Of a DNA stretch of 64,000 nt, positions 49,440 through 59,433 are shown in pieces (position 1 is the first letter of the stretch; every line of letters begins with the position of its first letter). Source of the stretch: an uncultured Gemmataceae bacterium (GTDB taxonomy: Bacteria > Planctomycetota > Planctomycetia > Gemmatales > Gemmataceae); contig CAVVPN010000004.1 of NCBI GenBank assembly GCA_963750165.1, forward strand, positions 576,001 to 640,000. The letters are read 5' to 3'. Both the position numbers and the translations under genes were made by a program. The notes below the pieces were generated by a model. The model had not been told where the DNA came from. It saw nothing but the letters and a program-made list of their open reading frames with translations, and searched no databases.

Positions 49440-50125
49440 ATGCCACTGTTAGACCACTTTCATCCACCGCTGAGTGAGCGCCGGCACTGGCACTCGTTCC
49501 ACAACTCGTGGGCCACCTATCTGTCCTCGCAGCTGAACTCCCTGCTGCCGGAGGGATACTTCGCCGAGGCGAACGTGCAGTTCGGCGTCGAGATCGATGT
49601 GGCTACGTTTGGGGAGGGTGCCGCGCCGCCGCTGCCAGCGGGGTGGGCACCCCCGCCGCCCCAGGCGAGCCTGCCCCTGGTACTGCTGGAGGCGGTCGTC
49701 GAGGTCGGCATCTTCAGCCGGGCGGGCCACGGTTGGCCGGGGCGGTGGAACTGGTCTCCCCCGCCAACAAGGACCGGCCGGCGCATCGAGAGGCGCTGGT
49801 GTCGAAGTGCGCGGCGTACCTGCAAGCGGGCATCGGTCTGGTGCTGGTGGACGTGGTGACCGACCGTTCGGCAGACCTCCACCGCGAACTGCTGGCCCGG
49901 GTGGGTGCGGGCGATCCGGGGCCGGGACCAGCGCTGAGTGGCTCGGCCTACCGCCCGGTGGAGCGGCAGGGGGCGGCGGTGGACGTGTGGCAGGAGCCGC
50001 TGGCGGTGGGGCAACGCCTGCCCACGCTGCCGTTGTGGCTGCGGGGCGGGCTGTGCCTGCTCGTGGAACTGGAGGCCACCTACGAGCGGATGTGCGTGGA
50101 GCAGCGCGTGCAGACCGCCGCGTAG
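49440..50125 (+). CDS. DUF4058-like (PD-(D/E)XK/Uma2-related) protein, frameshift near 49724
   Basis: MPLLDHFHPPL...WHSFH..WA, EIDV, then AVELVSPANKDR, LPTLPLWL, LEATYE in the next frame. Confidence 0.82.
50062..50090 (+). repeat. 29-bp direct repeat, left copy (inside the DUF4058 3' end)
   Basis: CGTGGAACTGGAGGCCACCTACGAGCGGA, identical to 51314-51342. Confidence 0.92.
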
Positions 50126-50307
50126 TCGCGGGGGCGGCGCCCCAGGCGCTGCATCTGGAGCCCGGATGAGGCGAAAGGGGCCAGGTTCCGCCTTCCCTTT
50201 GGTGGAGCGACTATGAACTTTCTGGCAGAGTTGGCAGAGGCGCCGAGGGACGAGACGTTTCCGCATTGAGGGCCGCCCCGGGACGTACTGGAACGGATGC
50301 CTGAGCC

Positions 50308-50811
50308 ATGCAATTTCGAGCGGATGAGTATTATCAAGCAAGTTTGGAGCGCACGCGGCAGGCCGTGGACCTTCATCGCGGGGGTGAGAACTATGCCCTC
50401 GCCATGTATTGCGCAGGGCTCGCCGTCGAATCGATGCTGCGAGCGTTCCGCTGGGTTGAGGATAGTTCGTTTGAGGGACGGCACGATTTGAAGGAACTGT
50501 TGAAGGCGAGTGGGCTGCTGAAAGTCGATGACGAGTACATGCGTCGGCGGGACGAAGCTGAGGAAGTCATTGAAGGCTGGGGCCGTCAGCTGCGTGCGGC
50601 GTTCAACGAGGTGGTGGCCCTCTGGCACAACAACCTGCGGTTCGCGTCGGAGAAAAGTCTCAAGGCCCACCTCAACCGAATTGACCGGCTGCAAGGGATA
50701 CGAGGCGATCCTTTGAAAAAGAACTCACAGAACCTGATCAACGCCGCCAGGATGATTGTCGAACGCGGAGCGGTACTATGGATGTTAAAAAAAGAGTCGA
50801 AAAAGCGTTGA
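50308..50811 (+). CDS. HEPN-like helical domain protein
   Basis: YALAMYCAGLAVESMLRA, RHDLKEL, W..NLRF pattern of HEPN proteins of the HEPN-MNT type; visibly more A/T than flanks. Confidence 0.65.
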   Translation: MQFRADEYYQASLERTRQAVDLHRGGENYALAMYCAGLAVESMLRAFRWVEDSSFEGRHDLKELLKASGLLKVDDEYMRRRDEAEEVIEGWGRQLRAAFNEVVALWHNNLRFASEKSLKAHLNRIDRLQGIRGDPLKKNSQNLINAARMIVERGAVLWMLKKESKKR

Positions 50812-51293
50812 GCGATACGTTCGAGGACGCCTATGTCCGGCTGGAAGACGACGACGGCATTTCCGGGTTCGTGGTATCCGCGCGCTTCAAGGGGATGTCC
50901 ACCCTCGACAGGCAGGAGTTGATTGACGAGGCCATCAAGGGGGCTACTCCCCCGCTCGCCCCGGATGAGAAACGCCAGGTGCTGATGATTGCCGCACTTT
51001 CGCCAGCCGAGTTCAGTTCCGTTGGCGCGAAGGTCCGCGTGCATAAGGTCAAACAGCTGGCTCATGCCGTGGAGATCGTGCTTCATGGAGGGCATGCAGA
51101 CGCCGAATATGTCCGCGGCGCCTTGAACAATCAGAAAGGAGTGAAGACGACCGAGCCAAAACAGGTCCCCGGTGCAGTTGGCGTACTCATGCAATTCCGG
51201 GCATCTGGGACCAGGGCGGACCCTCTAGATAAAGCCAGAGCTATCCACGTGTTGAAGAACGACCCGTACATTGAGGTCATGCCCGATACATGA
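50778..51293 (+). CDS. Two-domain protein: BolA-like (or degenerate MNT-like) N-domain plus unknown C-domain
   Basis: VVSARFKGMSTLDRQELIDEAI...IAALSPAE; overlaps the HEPN-like gene by 34 nt. Confidence 0.55.
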   Translation: MDVKKRVEKALSDTFEDAYVRLEDDDGISGFVVSARFKGMSTLDRQELIDEAIKGATPPLAPDEKRQVLMIAALSPAEFSSVGAKVRVHKVKQLAHAVEIVLHGGHADAEYVRGALNNQKGVKTTEPKQVPGAVGVLMQFRASGTRADPLDKARAIHVLKNDPYIEVMPDT

Positions 51294-51313
51294 TCGTTGC
51301 TGTCGTGGGCGCC

Positions 51314-51342
51314 CGTGGAACTGGAGGCCACCTACGAGCGGA
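51314..51342 (+). repeat. 29-bp direct repeat, right copy
   Basis: Identical to 50062-50090. Confidence 0.92.
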
Positions 51343-51356
51343 CCCACGCGAGCGCG

Positions 51357-51409
51357 AAAAAACCCCGGCGCCGGCCGGCAAAACCAGCGCGCTGGCCCCG
51401 CGCCGGGGT
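51357..51409 (-). terminator. Probable intrinsic terminator of the minus-strand DUF1501 gene
   Basis: ACCCCGGCGC...GCGCCGGGGT stem followed by a T run on the minus strand. Confidence 0.55.
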
Positions 51410-51435
51410 GAGCCGGCAGTAGCAATCTCTCGTGG

Positions 51436-52815
51436 TTACAGCAGCTCGTGGATCGGCGTCGGGTCATCCAGCACGTTGACCGGCCGGCCGCTGGGGTCGA
51501 GCAGTTGCAGCCGTGGGTCGATGCCCAGCACCTGATAAATCGTGGCGTGGATGTTCGACGGCGTCAGGGGTCGGGTGTTGGGCCGCGTGCCGAGCCGGTC
51601 GGTGGAACCGATCACCTGGCCGCCGCGCAGACCGCCGCCGCCCAGCAGACAGAACATGGAGTTCCCCCAGTGATCGCGGCCCGGCGTGCCCATGCTGCGC
51701 GGCGCCCCGCCGTTGCCGCCGTCGTTCATGCGCGGCGTGCGACTGAATTCCCCGCACAGCACCACCAGCACCTGGTCCAACAGGCCGCGATGGTCCAGAT
51801 CCTCGAACAGACTGGCCACCGCAGCATCGACCATCGGCAAGTAGCGGTTCATGCCCGCTTCCAGATCCCAGTGGTGGTCCCAGCCGCCAAAGTGGACCGT
51901 AACAAACGTCGAGCCGGCCTCGACCAGCCGCCGCGCCAGCAGCGTGCTCTGGCCCCAGTTATTGCGGCCGTAGCGGTCGCGGAGGCGGGGATCCTCGCGG
52001 TTGATGTCAAAGGCCAGGCGGGCGGTCGGGCCGGTGACGAAGTCGAAGGCTTCCTGGCTGAAGCGGTCCATGGCCTGGGCGGCGCCGTTGCCTTCCAGGG
52101 CGCGGCGTGAGCTGTCGAAATGCCGACTGAGGGAACGGCGGTCTTCGAGGCGCTCCAGCGACAGGCCGCGGGCGAGGTTGAGGTTTTGCACGCCGAAATT
52201 GGCGTTGTTCGGGTCGCCGCCCGGCTGAAACGGGTTGTGCTGGGCGCCGAGGAGGTTGCCGCCGAAGTAGCCGGGGTTCAGGCCGATGCTGCTGGCGTGC
52301 GGCACCCCAACGTAAGCGGGCATGCCGGCGCGGCGCGGGCCGGCCTCACGGGACACGAACGCGCCGATGCCGGGGAAGCGCTGGGCGTTGCTGGCGCCGC
52401 TGACGCCCATGTCCTTGGTGGTGAGCATGCGGTGGCCGCCGGCGAAGTGATCGCCGGTGTCGTGGTGCAGCGAACGGACCATCGAGAACAGGTTCGTCAC
52501 CTGGGCCTGGCGCGGGAACCGCTGGCTGATGTCAAAGCCCGGCACGCACGTACGGATCGGCCGCCAGATGCCGCGGTACTCCGTCGGGGCGTCCGGTTTC
52601 AGGTCATACAGGTCCATGTGGCTGGGGCCGCCGTCCAGCCAGAGGAGGATGACCGAGGTGTTCCGGGTGCCGCCCGGCGGTGAGGATTGTTGCCGGGCCT
52701 GCAGCAGTTGCGGCAGCCCCACGCTGGCCATGCCCGAGACGCCGAGCTTCAAGAAACTACGCCGGCTGAGCCCGTCACAGTAACGGCCGGTACCGCCCAG
52801 ATCGAGACGAAACAT
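51436..52815 (-). CDS. DUF1501 protein
   Basis: SRRSFL, WLDGGPSHMDLYDLKP, LLARRLVEAG, GWDHH, GEFSRTP, GRDHW. Confidence 0.92.
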   Translation of the reverse strand: MFRLDLGGTGRYCDGLSRRSFLKLGVSGMASVGLPQLLQARQQSSPPGGTRNTSVILLWLDGGPSHMDLYDLKPDAPTEYRGIWRPIRTCVPGFDISQRFPRQAQVTNLFSMVRSLHHDTGDHFAGGHRMLTTKDMGVSGASNAQRFPGIGAFVSREAGPRRAGMPAYVGVPHASSIGLNPGYFGGNLLGAQHNPFQPGGDPNNANFGVQNLNLARGLSLERLEDRRSLSRHFDSSRRALEGNGAAQAMDRFSQEAFDFVTGPTARLAFDINREDPRLRDRYGRNNWGQSTLLARRLVEAGSTFVTVHFGGWDHHWDLEAGMNRYLPMVDAAVASLFEDLDHRGLLDQVLVVLCGEFSRTPRMNDGGNGGAPRSMGTPGRDHWGNSMFCLLGGGGLRGGQVIGSTDRLGTRPNTRPLTPSNIHATIYQVLGIDPRLQLLDPSGRPVNVLDDPTPIHELL

Positions 52816-52965
52816 CGACAACCCCTTTGCCAGGGAAGTTCTCCGGGGTGGCGGCAAGTCCGCGCGGAAACTGCCCCCCATGCCACGACCGGATGTAAGT
52901 ATCTTACCCGGCAGGGGCGACGGAGGGAATTAAATTGGTAAACGGGGTTCGTGTTATTCTGCGGC

Positions 52966-53964
52966 TCAAACGAACGGCAGCGCCGCCACCTGCGCCGGTC
53001 GCCGCTCGCCGTCGATCTCCACCTCAACCACCGTGCCCGGCTCCTGACTGCCGCGCCGCAGGTACGCCAGCGCCAGCGCCCGGCCTAACCGCGGCGACAC
53101 CACACTCGACGTGACCTGGCCGACCTCCTGGCCGTTGTGGATGATCTTCGCGCCGCGTCGCACTGCCTGGTCCTGCTGCAACGTCAGCCCCAGCAGCGTG
53201 CGGTTGACGTGGCCGCGGTCGCGGGCCATGACGATCGGCTCCTGACCGAGATAGCACCCCTTCGTGTAGCTGATCGCCTGCTGCGTGCGGCCGACCTCGA
53301 ACACGGCGCGGTTCTCGTCCAACTCGCATCCGAAGCGCGGCAGTCCCGCCTCAACACGCAGCAGTTCCAGCGTCTCCGGCCCCGCCGGCGTCGCCCCGTG
53401 CTGCGCCAGCAAGCCGCGCAGCGCGTCGGCCTGCTCCCGGGCACACACGAGGTCAAAGCCGGGCAGGCCAAGCCGGTCGTTACGGAACACCTCCACGGTG
53501 CCGATGTCCGCCAACGTCCGTTGATGGTGGTGCAACTCCCGCAAATCATCCAGCAGCCCGCCCAGCGTCAGAAGAAGCGGACCGGCCTCTGGCCCCACCA
53601 GATGGAACTGCGCCGTCTCCGCGGTGCGGTCGATTAGCTCGATTTGCTCGCTGATCCAGTGGCGGTTGAGGTGCTGGAACACCGTCGGCCCCAGGTCCTC
53701 GGCCACGTCCAGCCAGAACGTGCCGGCTTCACCCGGCAACCGATAGACCCAGCCGTGCGCCAGCACGCGCGCCTTGGCGTTGCACAGGAAGAACTCGCAG
53801 CCCGTGTCCACTGCGAGGTTCTTGGTGTCGTTGGTACACAGGTTGTGCAGAAACAGCGCCGCCTCCGGCCCGGTCACGACGATGCGGCCGCGCGCCGACA
53901 CGTCAAACACCACGGCCCGTTCGCGGGCGGCCTGATCCTCCGTCAACACGTTCTGCTCCGCCAT
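52966..53964 (-). CDS. ygfZ: YgfZ/GcvT-family folate-binding protein
   Basis: FDVSARG.I.VTG, LRVEAG.P, signature KGCYLGQE. Confidence 0.85.
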   Translation of the reverse strand: MAEQNVLTEDQAARERAVVFDVSARGRIVVTGPEAALFLHNLCTNDTKNLAVDTGCEFFLCNAKARVLAHGWVYRLPGEAGTFWLDVAEDLGPTVFQHLNRHWISEQIELIDRTAETAQFHLVGPEAGPLLLTLGGLLDDLRELHHHQRTLADIGTVEVFRNDRLGLPGFDLVCAREQADALRGLLAQHGATPAGPETLELLRVEAGLPRFGCELDENRAVFEVGRTQQAISYTKGCYLGQEPIVMARDRGHVNRTLLGLTLQQDQAVRRGAKIIHNGQEVGQVTSSVVSPRLGRALALAYLRRGSQEPGTVVEVEIDGERRPAQVAALPFV

Positions 53965-55172
53965 GATCCTTCCTCCCCGCGCACGACCGCCAGTGTTTGT
54001 TCCGCGTCGTTCAGCACCAGACACGAGCCGGCGCCGACCAGCCGCTGCACCTGGCCGGCGTGGTCCAGCGGCACCGCGAACAGCTCCTCCGCGACCTCGC
54101 CCGGCAGCTCGCTCAGCAAATAAATCCGCGCCTGCTGCGCAGCGCTGGCCCACTGGAACGCCGCCGTGTGCTCGCCCTTGTCGTCCTTCAGCCGCCGCAG
54201 CGCCCCCTCCGCCGTCTCCGACCGCCGCAGCAGTTCCACGTCGTGCGTCAGCTCCGGCGTGCCGTGGCTCAGCAGGACGATGCGGCCGTTGGGCTTGACC
54301 ACCCGCGCCGCGCACGCCAGCGCCGCCGCCAGCGCCCCGAAGCGCACCGGCCCGGCGCCACCCACGCCCAGCACCACCGTGTCCGCCGCCGCGTCTGCCT
54401 CCATCCGCCAGCGCGCGTCCAACCGCCGCTGCCCCTCGCCGCTCGTCTCCACCAGGCCGCCGAGCACGTCCGTCACCGCCGCGTCCGCGCCGCCGATCAC
54501 CTGCACGAAGAACGGCGAGCCCAGCAGCCACGCGACCTCCGCCGCCTCCTGCCGCAGCCGCCACGGCCGGGCGCCCGGCGCCGCCATCGACAGGTGCGCG
54601 GCCGCCTCGGTGCGCGTGGCCGTGTCGCTCAGCAGCGGGAACAGCGCCCCCTCGGCGCCGCCGTGGCCCAGCAACGGGTCGTAGGATCGCCGCGTCAGCA
54701 CCACCAACTGGTCGGCGTCCACGGCGCTGCGGTTGAGGTAAATCCGCCGGCCCTGCCGCGTCGTCGCCAGGTAGGCGAGTTGCTTGCGCTCGCCGGGGTC
54801 GTGGACCTCGACGCACACCGCCTCGAACTCCTCGGGCAGTTCCTCCAGCCACGGCTGACCCGACGACGGCGGCGCACACACCAGCGTCACCGCGTCCGCT
54901 TCGACTCCGGCTGAGCGCAGGTGTTCGAGGATGGGCACCAGGAAGCCGGCCAGCTGCGGCACCTGTTCGTCCACGACGACGGTGACCTGGTCGTCCGGCG
55001 TCAGCGCCCGTCGCAGCGCCGGGAAGCCGAGCGGTGTTTCCAGGGCGGCGCGCACCGCCGCGGGCACGTCCGCCAGCGGCGGCGCGGCCGGTTCACGGTG
55101 GACGCCGATGACCTGGTGTTCTTCCAGTTGCAGCCCCAGGTGGGCGCTGCCGTAACGCACATCGATCTGCAT
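53943..55172 (-). CDS. Lactate racemase (LarA/DUF2088)-like protein with degenerate motifs
   Basis: VRAALETPLGFPAL, VTVVVD, VHDP, YLATT..G..IYLNR..VDAD, V.P.G.IVL, IYLLSEL. Confidence 0.72.
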   Translation of the reverse strand: MQIDVRYGSAHLGLQLEEHQVIGVHREPAAPPLADVPAAVRAALETPLGFPALRRALTPDDQVTVVVDEQVPQLAGFLVPILEHLRSAGVEADAVTLVCAPPSSGQPWLEELPEEFEAVCVEVHDPGERKQLAYLATTRQGRRIYLNRSAVDADQLVVLTRRSYDPLLGHGGAEGALFPLLSDTATRTEAAAHLSMAAPGARPWRLRQEAAEVAWLLGSPFFVQVIGGADAAVTDVLGGLVETSGEGQRRLDARWRMEADAAADTVVLGVGGAGPVRFGALAAALACAARVVKPNGRIVLLSHGTPELTHDVELLRRSETAEGALRRLKDDKGEHTAAFQWASAAQQARIYLLSELPGEVAEELFAVPLDHAGQVQRLVGAGSCLVLNDAEQTLAVVRGEEGSWRSRTC

Positions 55173-55378
55173 GGCGACCCTCCGGGTGGCCAGGAATGGC
55201 AGGCGAGAAACCCTCGCCGGGAAAAAACAGGCGAGGGCCTTTGCGAAAGACCTCGCCTGCCGGGAATGCTTTATTTTACCGAACCGCGTCAACCGCAGCG
55301 ATGGCCGCGCTGGAATCGGCGTCCCGCGCTCGCGCTGCGGGATGGATTGGCTCGCGCACCGGGGCTGCTGTGAACTGC

Positions 55379-58300
55379 TCATGGGGCCATCGCCTGCTCG
55401 AGGAGAGCGCCGACCTCCTTCCACAAAGCGAGCCACTCGCCCCGTTCCCTGGCGGACCACTTGCCCAGCGCCCCGGCTCGCGCAGCCCGGCCAGGTCCGC
55501 GTCGGCCTGCCAATGTCTCATCATCGTCTTCACCCGAGGGCGGTCCGCCGCGTTGCCGCCGGCCAGTTTCCCGGCCCACACGGCAAGATCGGCCTGCAAC
55601 CACGACCGCGCCTGCCGCCGCCAGCGCGCCCGCTCCGCCGTGCTCAGTTTGTCCCCGTCCATGCCTTGACCACAGCCGGCCAGGGCCGCCGCACAGGCGG
55701 CATTGTAGCGGTGAGCCGCTTGCATGTCGTCGGCCAGTTGGGGCCGGTCCGTGAAGGCTTTCTCGAACAGACTGGCGGCGTTGGCAAACCGCTTCGTCAG
55801 GTGACAGACTTCAGCGAACCGGAGGCGTTCGGCCGCGTCGATCAGCCCGGCCTCGCCCCGGAGGACCCCCGGCAGGCGCGCCTCCAGGGCGAGCAAATCC
55901 TCACAGCGCTGCAACTGCCGCTCGACACCCGGGCGCCGGGAATGGCCGGAGGGGAGCAGGTCGAGGCAGCGGCGCGTCGCGTCCCGGGCGTCGCGGAACC
56001 GCCCCACGGCGAGCAGGGCCTTGCCGAGCGCCCCGTGGGCCTGGCCGAACCTGGGAGCGGTGGCCACGGACCGCTGCAGGTGATCGACCGCCTCGGCGAA
56101 CTGTCCCCGGGAGGACAGCACCAGGGCGAGGTCGTAGTGGGCCGCCCCCAGCGTCGGGTCGATCCGGAGGGCCGTCCGGAACCGATCGACGGCCTCCTCC
56201 GTTTGCCCCGCTTCCGCCAGCGCGATGCCGAGGTTGGCGTGGGCCGGGGCAAACTCGGGGTCGTCGTGGAGTACCTGTTGGTAATGGGCGATGACCGCTT
56301 CCAACCCGCCCCTGGCTTTCAGCACGGAGCAGAGGCCCGTGTGCGCCTCGGGCAACCTCGGGTCGATGCGGAGCGCTTGCCGCAAGTGCTCCAGCGCCTC
56401 GTCCGGCCGCTCCTGGGCGAGCAGGGCGCTGCCGAGGTTGCTGTGGACCTCGGCCAGCGTGGGATCGCTGCGCACGGCGCGCCGGAAGTGAGCAACGGCC
56501 TCGTCCAGTCGGCGCCCGGCTTTGAGGGCGCAGCCGAGGCTGTTGTGGGCGTGGGCAAACTCGGGGTCGATGCGGAGGGCCTGCCGGAAGTGCTCGATCG
56601 CCTCGTCCGGCCGTTCGTCCCCCAGCAGGGCGATGCCGAGACTGTCGTGGACAATCGCCGTTCTCGGCCGGAGGGCCAGCGCCGCCTGGAGGTAACGCAT
56701 CGACTCCCCGGGGTTCTTCACCAGGAGCACGTTGCCCAGTGCGAAGTTGGCCCAGAAGTCGCCGGGGTACTCCCGCTGCACCCGTTGCAGAAACGGGACG
56801 GCGTCCGCGCCGGCCTGCCGCAGCCGCTCCGCGAACGCCATCAGCAGTGGCGCCGACGGTTTCTCCGCCAGCGCCGCCTCCGCCAGTGCCGTCATGGCTG
56901 CCCGGTCCTTCCACGGCGCCGGGTCGCGGAGGCGTCGGCGAACCTGGGTGGGGTTCGGGTCGGCCCGGCCCAGCACGAGTAGCAGCCAGCGCTGGCGGCC
57001 CTCGTCCCCGGCCGTGCCGGCGCAGACGGCCCAGTCATCCAGCGCCGCCACCAGTTCGTCGCGGACGGTCGAGGACGCCACCCGCGCCGCGACCGCCGCC
57101 GGGTCGTCTCCGACCTGCCCGAAGCCCGCCTCCTGGAACGCCGCCGCGTACTCCCGGTCGGCCCGCTCCCGGTTGTGGCGCACGTCAAAACGGCCGCCGA
57201 CGACGGCCGCACGGTTCAGAAGGATGGCGTCCAGCCGCTCCGCCAACCGCCGCTCGCGGCGGGCCTGGTCCAGACGCTGCAGAACGGCCTCCTGGTCGCG
57301 GTGCGCCTGGTCCAGACGCGCCATCTGCTCCTGCGCCTGTTCGTTGGCCGCGCGCTCGGTGCTCACCCACAGGCCGCCGCCGGCCAGGGCGGTCGCCAGC
57401 AGCACGCCGGCGGCCAGGCCCACCACCAGGCTCGGGCGCCGCCGCGCCCCCCGGGCCACACGCTCGAGCCGGCCCTCCGGCCGTGCCGCGATGGCTTTAT
57501 CCTGGAGAAAGCGCCGCAGGTCCTCGGCCAGCGCCGCGGCGCTGGCGTAGCGCCTGGGCGGCTCCTTGTGCAGGCACTTCAGGCAGATGGTTTCCAGGTC
57601 GCGCGGCACCCGCGGGTTCAACCGCGCGGGCGGCACCGGCTCCTGCGAAAGCACTTGCATCACCGTGTCGGCGGCCGTCTCCCCCCGAAACGGCGGCCGG
57701 CCCGTGAGCAGCTCGTACAGGATCGCTCCCAGCGCGTACACGTCCACGGCCGGCCCGAGGGCCTGCGTCCGGCCGCGGGCTTGTTCGGGGGCCATGTAAC
57801 TGGGCGTGCCGACGATGGCGCCGCTCTGGGTTAGCCGTTCACCGCTCTCCAGGCGCCGGGCCAACCCGAAATCGCTGACCTTGGGCGTGCCGTCGGCGGT
57901 CAGCAGGACGTTCGCCGGCTTCAGGTCGCGGTGTAAGATGCCGCCCTGATGCGCCGCCCCGACCGCTTCGGCCAACACGGCCGCCAGGGCGGCGGCCTCA
58001 CGGGCCGGCTGGGGCCCCCCCGCCAGCTTCTCGGCCAGGCTCCCGCCCTCGACAATCTCCATGGTGAAGTAGGGCCGGCCGTCCTGGTCGCCCACGTCGT
58101 AGACCTGCACGATGTTCGCGTGCCGCAGCCCGGCGACTGCTTCCGCCTCGCGCAGGAACCGCGCCCGGTCGGCCGGCCCGGCGTAGTCGCCCGCCAGGAG
58201 CATCTTCAGGGCGACGGGGCGGTTGAGGCGCAGGTGGCGTGCCCGGTAGACGACACCCATGCCGCCACGGCCGAGCACCGCCTCGACGGCGTAACCCGGA

Positions 58301-58530
58301 ATGGCCGGCAGGGGCTGTCCCTTCTCCGAAGGGGGCGCCGGCACAGTAGCAGCGGGGCCAGGCTCGCGCGGGAACAGGGCTTCGATCTCGGCGCGGGCAC
58401 GGCAGATCCGCTGCCAGCGCTCGCGGACGGCGGGCAGCAGCTCCGGGCACGCGCCACACACCTCTTCCAGAGTGGCCTGCCCGTCGAACAGCTCTTCGAG
58501 CAGTCGCTCGATGCGTGAGTCGTCGGCCAT
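55379..58530 (-). CDS. Ser/Thr protein kinase with TM helix and TPR array, frameshift at ~55471 near the C-terminus
   Basis: LGRGGMGVVY, VALK, HRDLKPAN, DFGLA, GTPSYMAPEQ; TPRs; YNAACAAALAG; restored end WLALWKEVGALLEQAMAP stop at 55379. Confidence 0.93.
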
Positions 58531-58587
58531 GTCAGCCTCCTCCGCCGTCGCGGCCCTGGCGTGGGCGGCCGCGCGCGGCCGCGCCGT

Positions 58588-59127
58588 TCACGATACCCCG
58601 GGGGGCGTGTCATCCGGCCTGAGTTCGCCAAGCCGCTCGGCCAGCAGCTGGATGCCGCGGTCCAGGCGCCGCTTGACCGTCCGGGCGGCGACGCCGAGCA
58701 GTTCGGCGGCCTCGGCGTGGTCGAGCCCCGGGGACAGGGCCGAGTCGCCGCTGTCCGGGATGGGCACCAGCTCTTCCATCAGCGGCACGGCGGCCGGCTG
58801 TTTGTCTAGGCGCCGGGCGAGGTCATTCAGTTCCCACCGCGCGTGCTGGCCGGCCAGGGCGAAGAACTGGCGGACGGTCGCCGGCCGCGCCTCGCGCAGG
58901 GCCTTGACCAGCCGCTCCACCACGGCGCCGAGCAACTCGTCGGCTTGCAAGTTGGACGGCGGCCGCGTCAGCCGCGGGAAGTTGCGGTGCAGCAGCGTGG
59001 CGCAGAGACGTTGTAGCCTTTGGACGGCTCGGTCCATCAGGTCGCGAACGATCTGGTCGGCGGGGGCCTGCCCCGCCAGCGCGTCGAGGGAGCGCTGCAC
59101 GACGGCGGTGGTGTTTTCTTCGGACAT
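58588..59127 (-). CDS. ECF sigma-70 factor, apparently with an in-frame deletion in region 4
   Basis: TT.VVQ..LD, FFALA..H.RWELNDLARR, AEAAELLGV..RTVKRRL; upstream of the kinase. Confidence 0.82.
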   Translation of the reverse strand: MSEENTTAVVQRSLDALAGQAPADQIVRDLMDRAVQRLQRLCATLLHRNFPRLTRPPSNLQADELLGAVVERLVKALREARPATVRQFFALAGQHARWELNDLARRLDKQPAAVPLMEELVPIPDSGDSALSPGLDHAEAAELLGVAARTVKRRLDRGIQLLAERLGELRPDDTPPGVS

Positions 59128-59433
59128 GCTTGCCCTCCCGCACTGCGGGGCCATCGGCCGTGATCGCTCTCCGCCCGCCGCGCTCGAATTTACGAACCGG
59201 ACACCCTCTGCCGGACCCTGTAGAAGAGAAGGTGCTGACGTTCGACCTGCTGGCGATTCTATTCCGGACGCTGTCCGGCCGCCACGCCACGGATTTGTTG
59301 TCAAACCCCAACGCTTAGAAACAGCGGGGAAGCGGAGGGAGGCGGGGCTCATCCTCATCCGCGAACCGTGGCCGACCGGTAACGTATCCGGGCGGCAACT
59401 CGAGTCACAAGGAGCCCGCAGAGGAGAATGGAG

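Noticed and set aside
5575..55475. Frameshifts at ~5580, ~18141, 40252-40257, ~49724 and ~55471 as programmed frameshifting, phase variation or pseudogenes
   Set aside because: Each is a one-base change in a short G/C run in an otherwise intact gene, including hemB; long-read consensus error is the simplest explanation, though reads are needed to be sure
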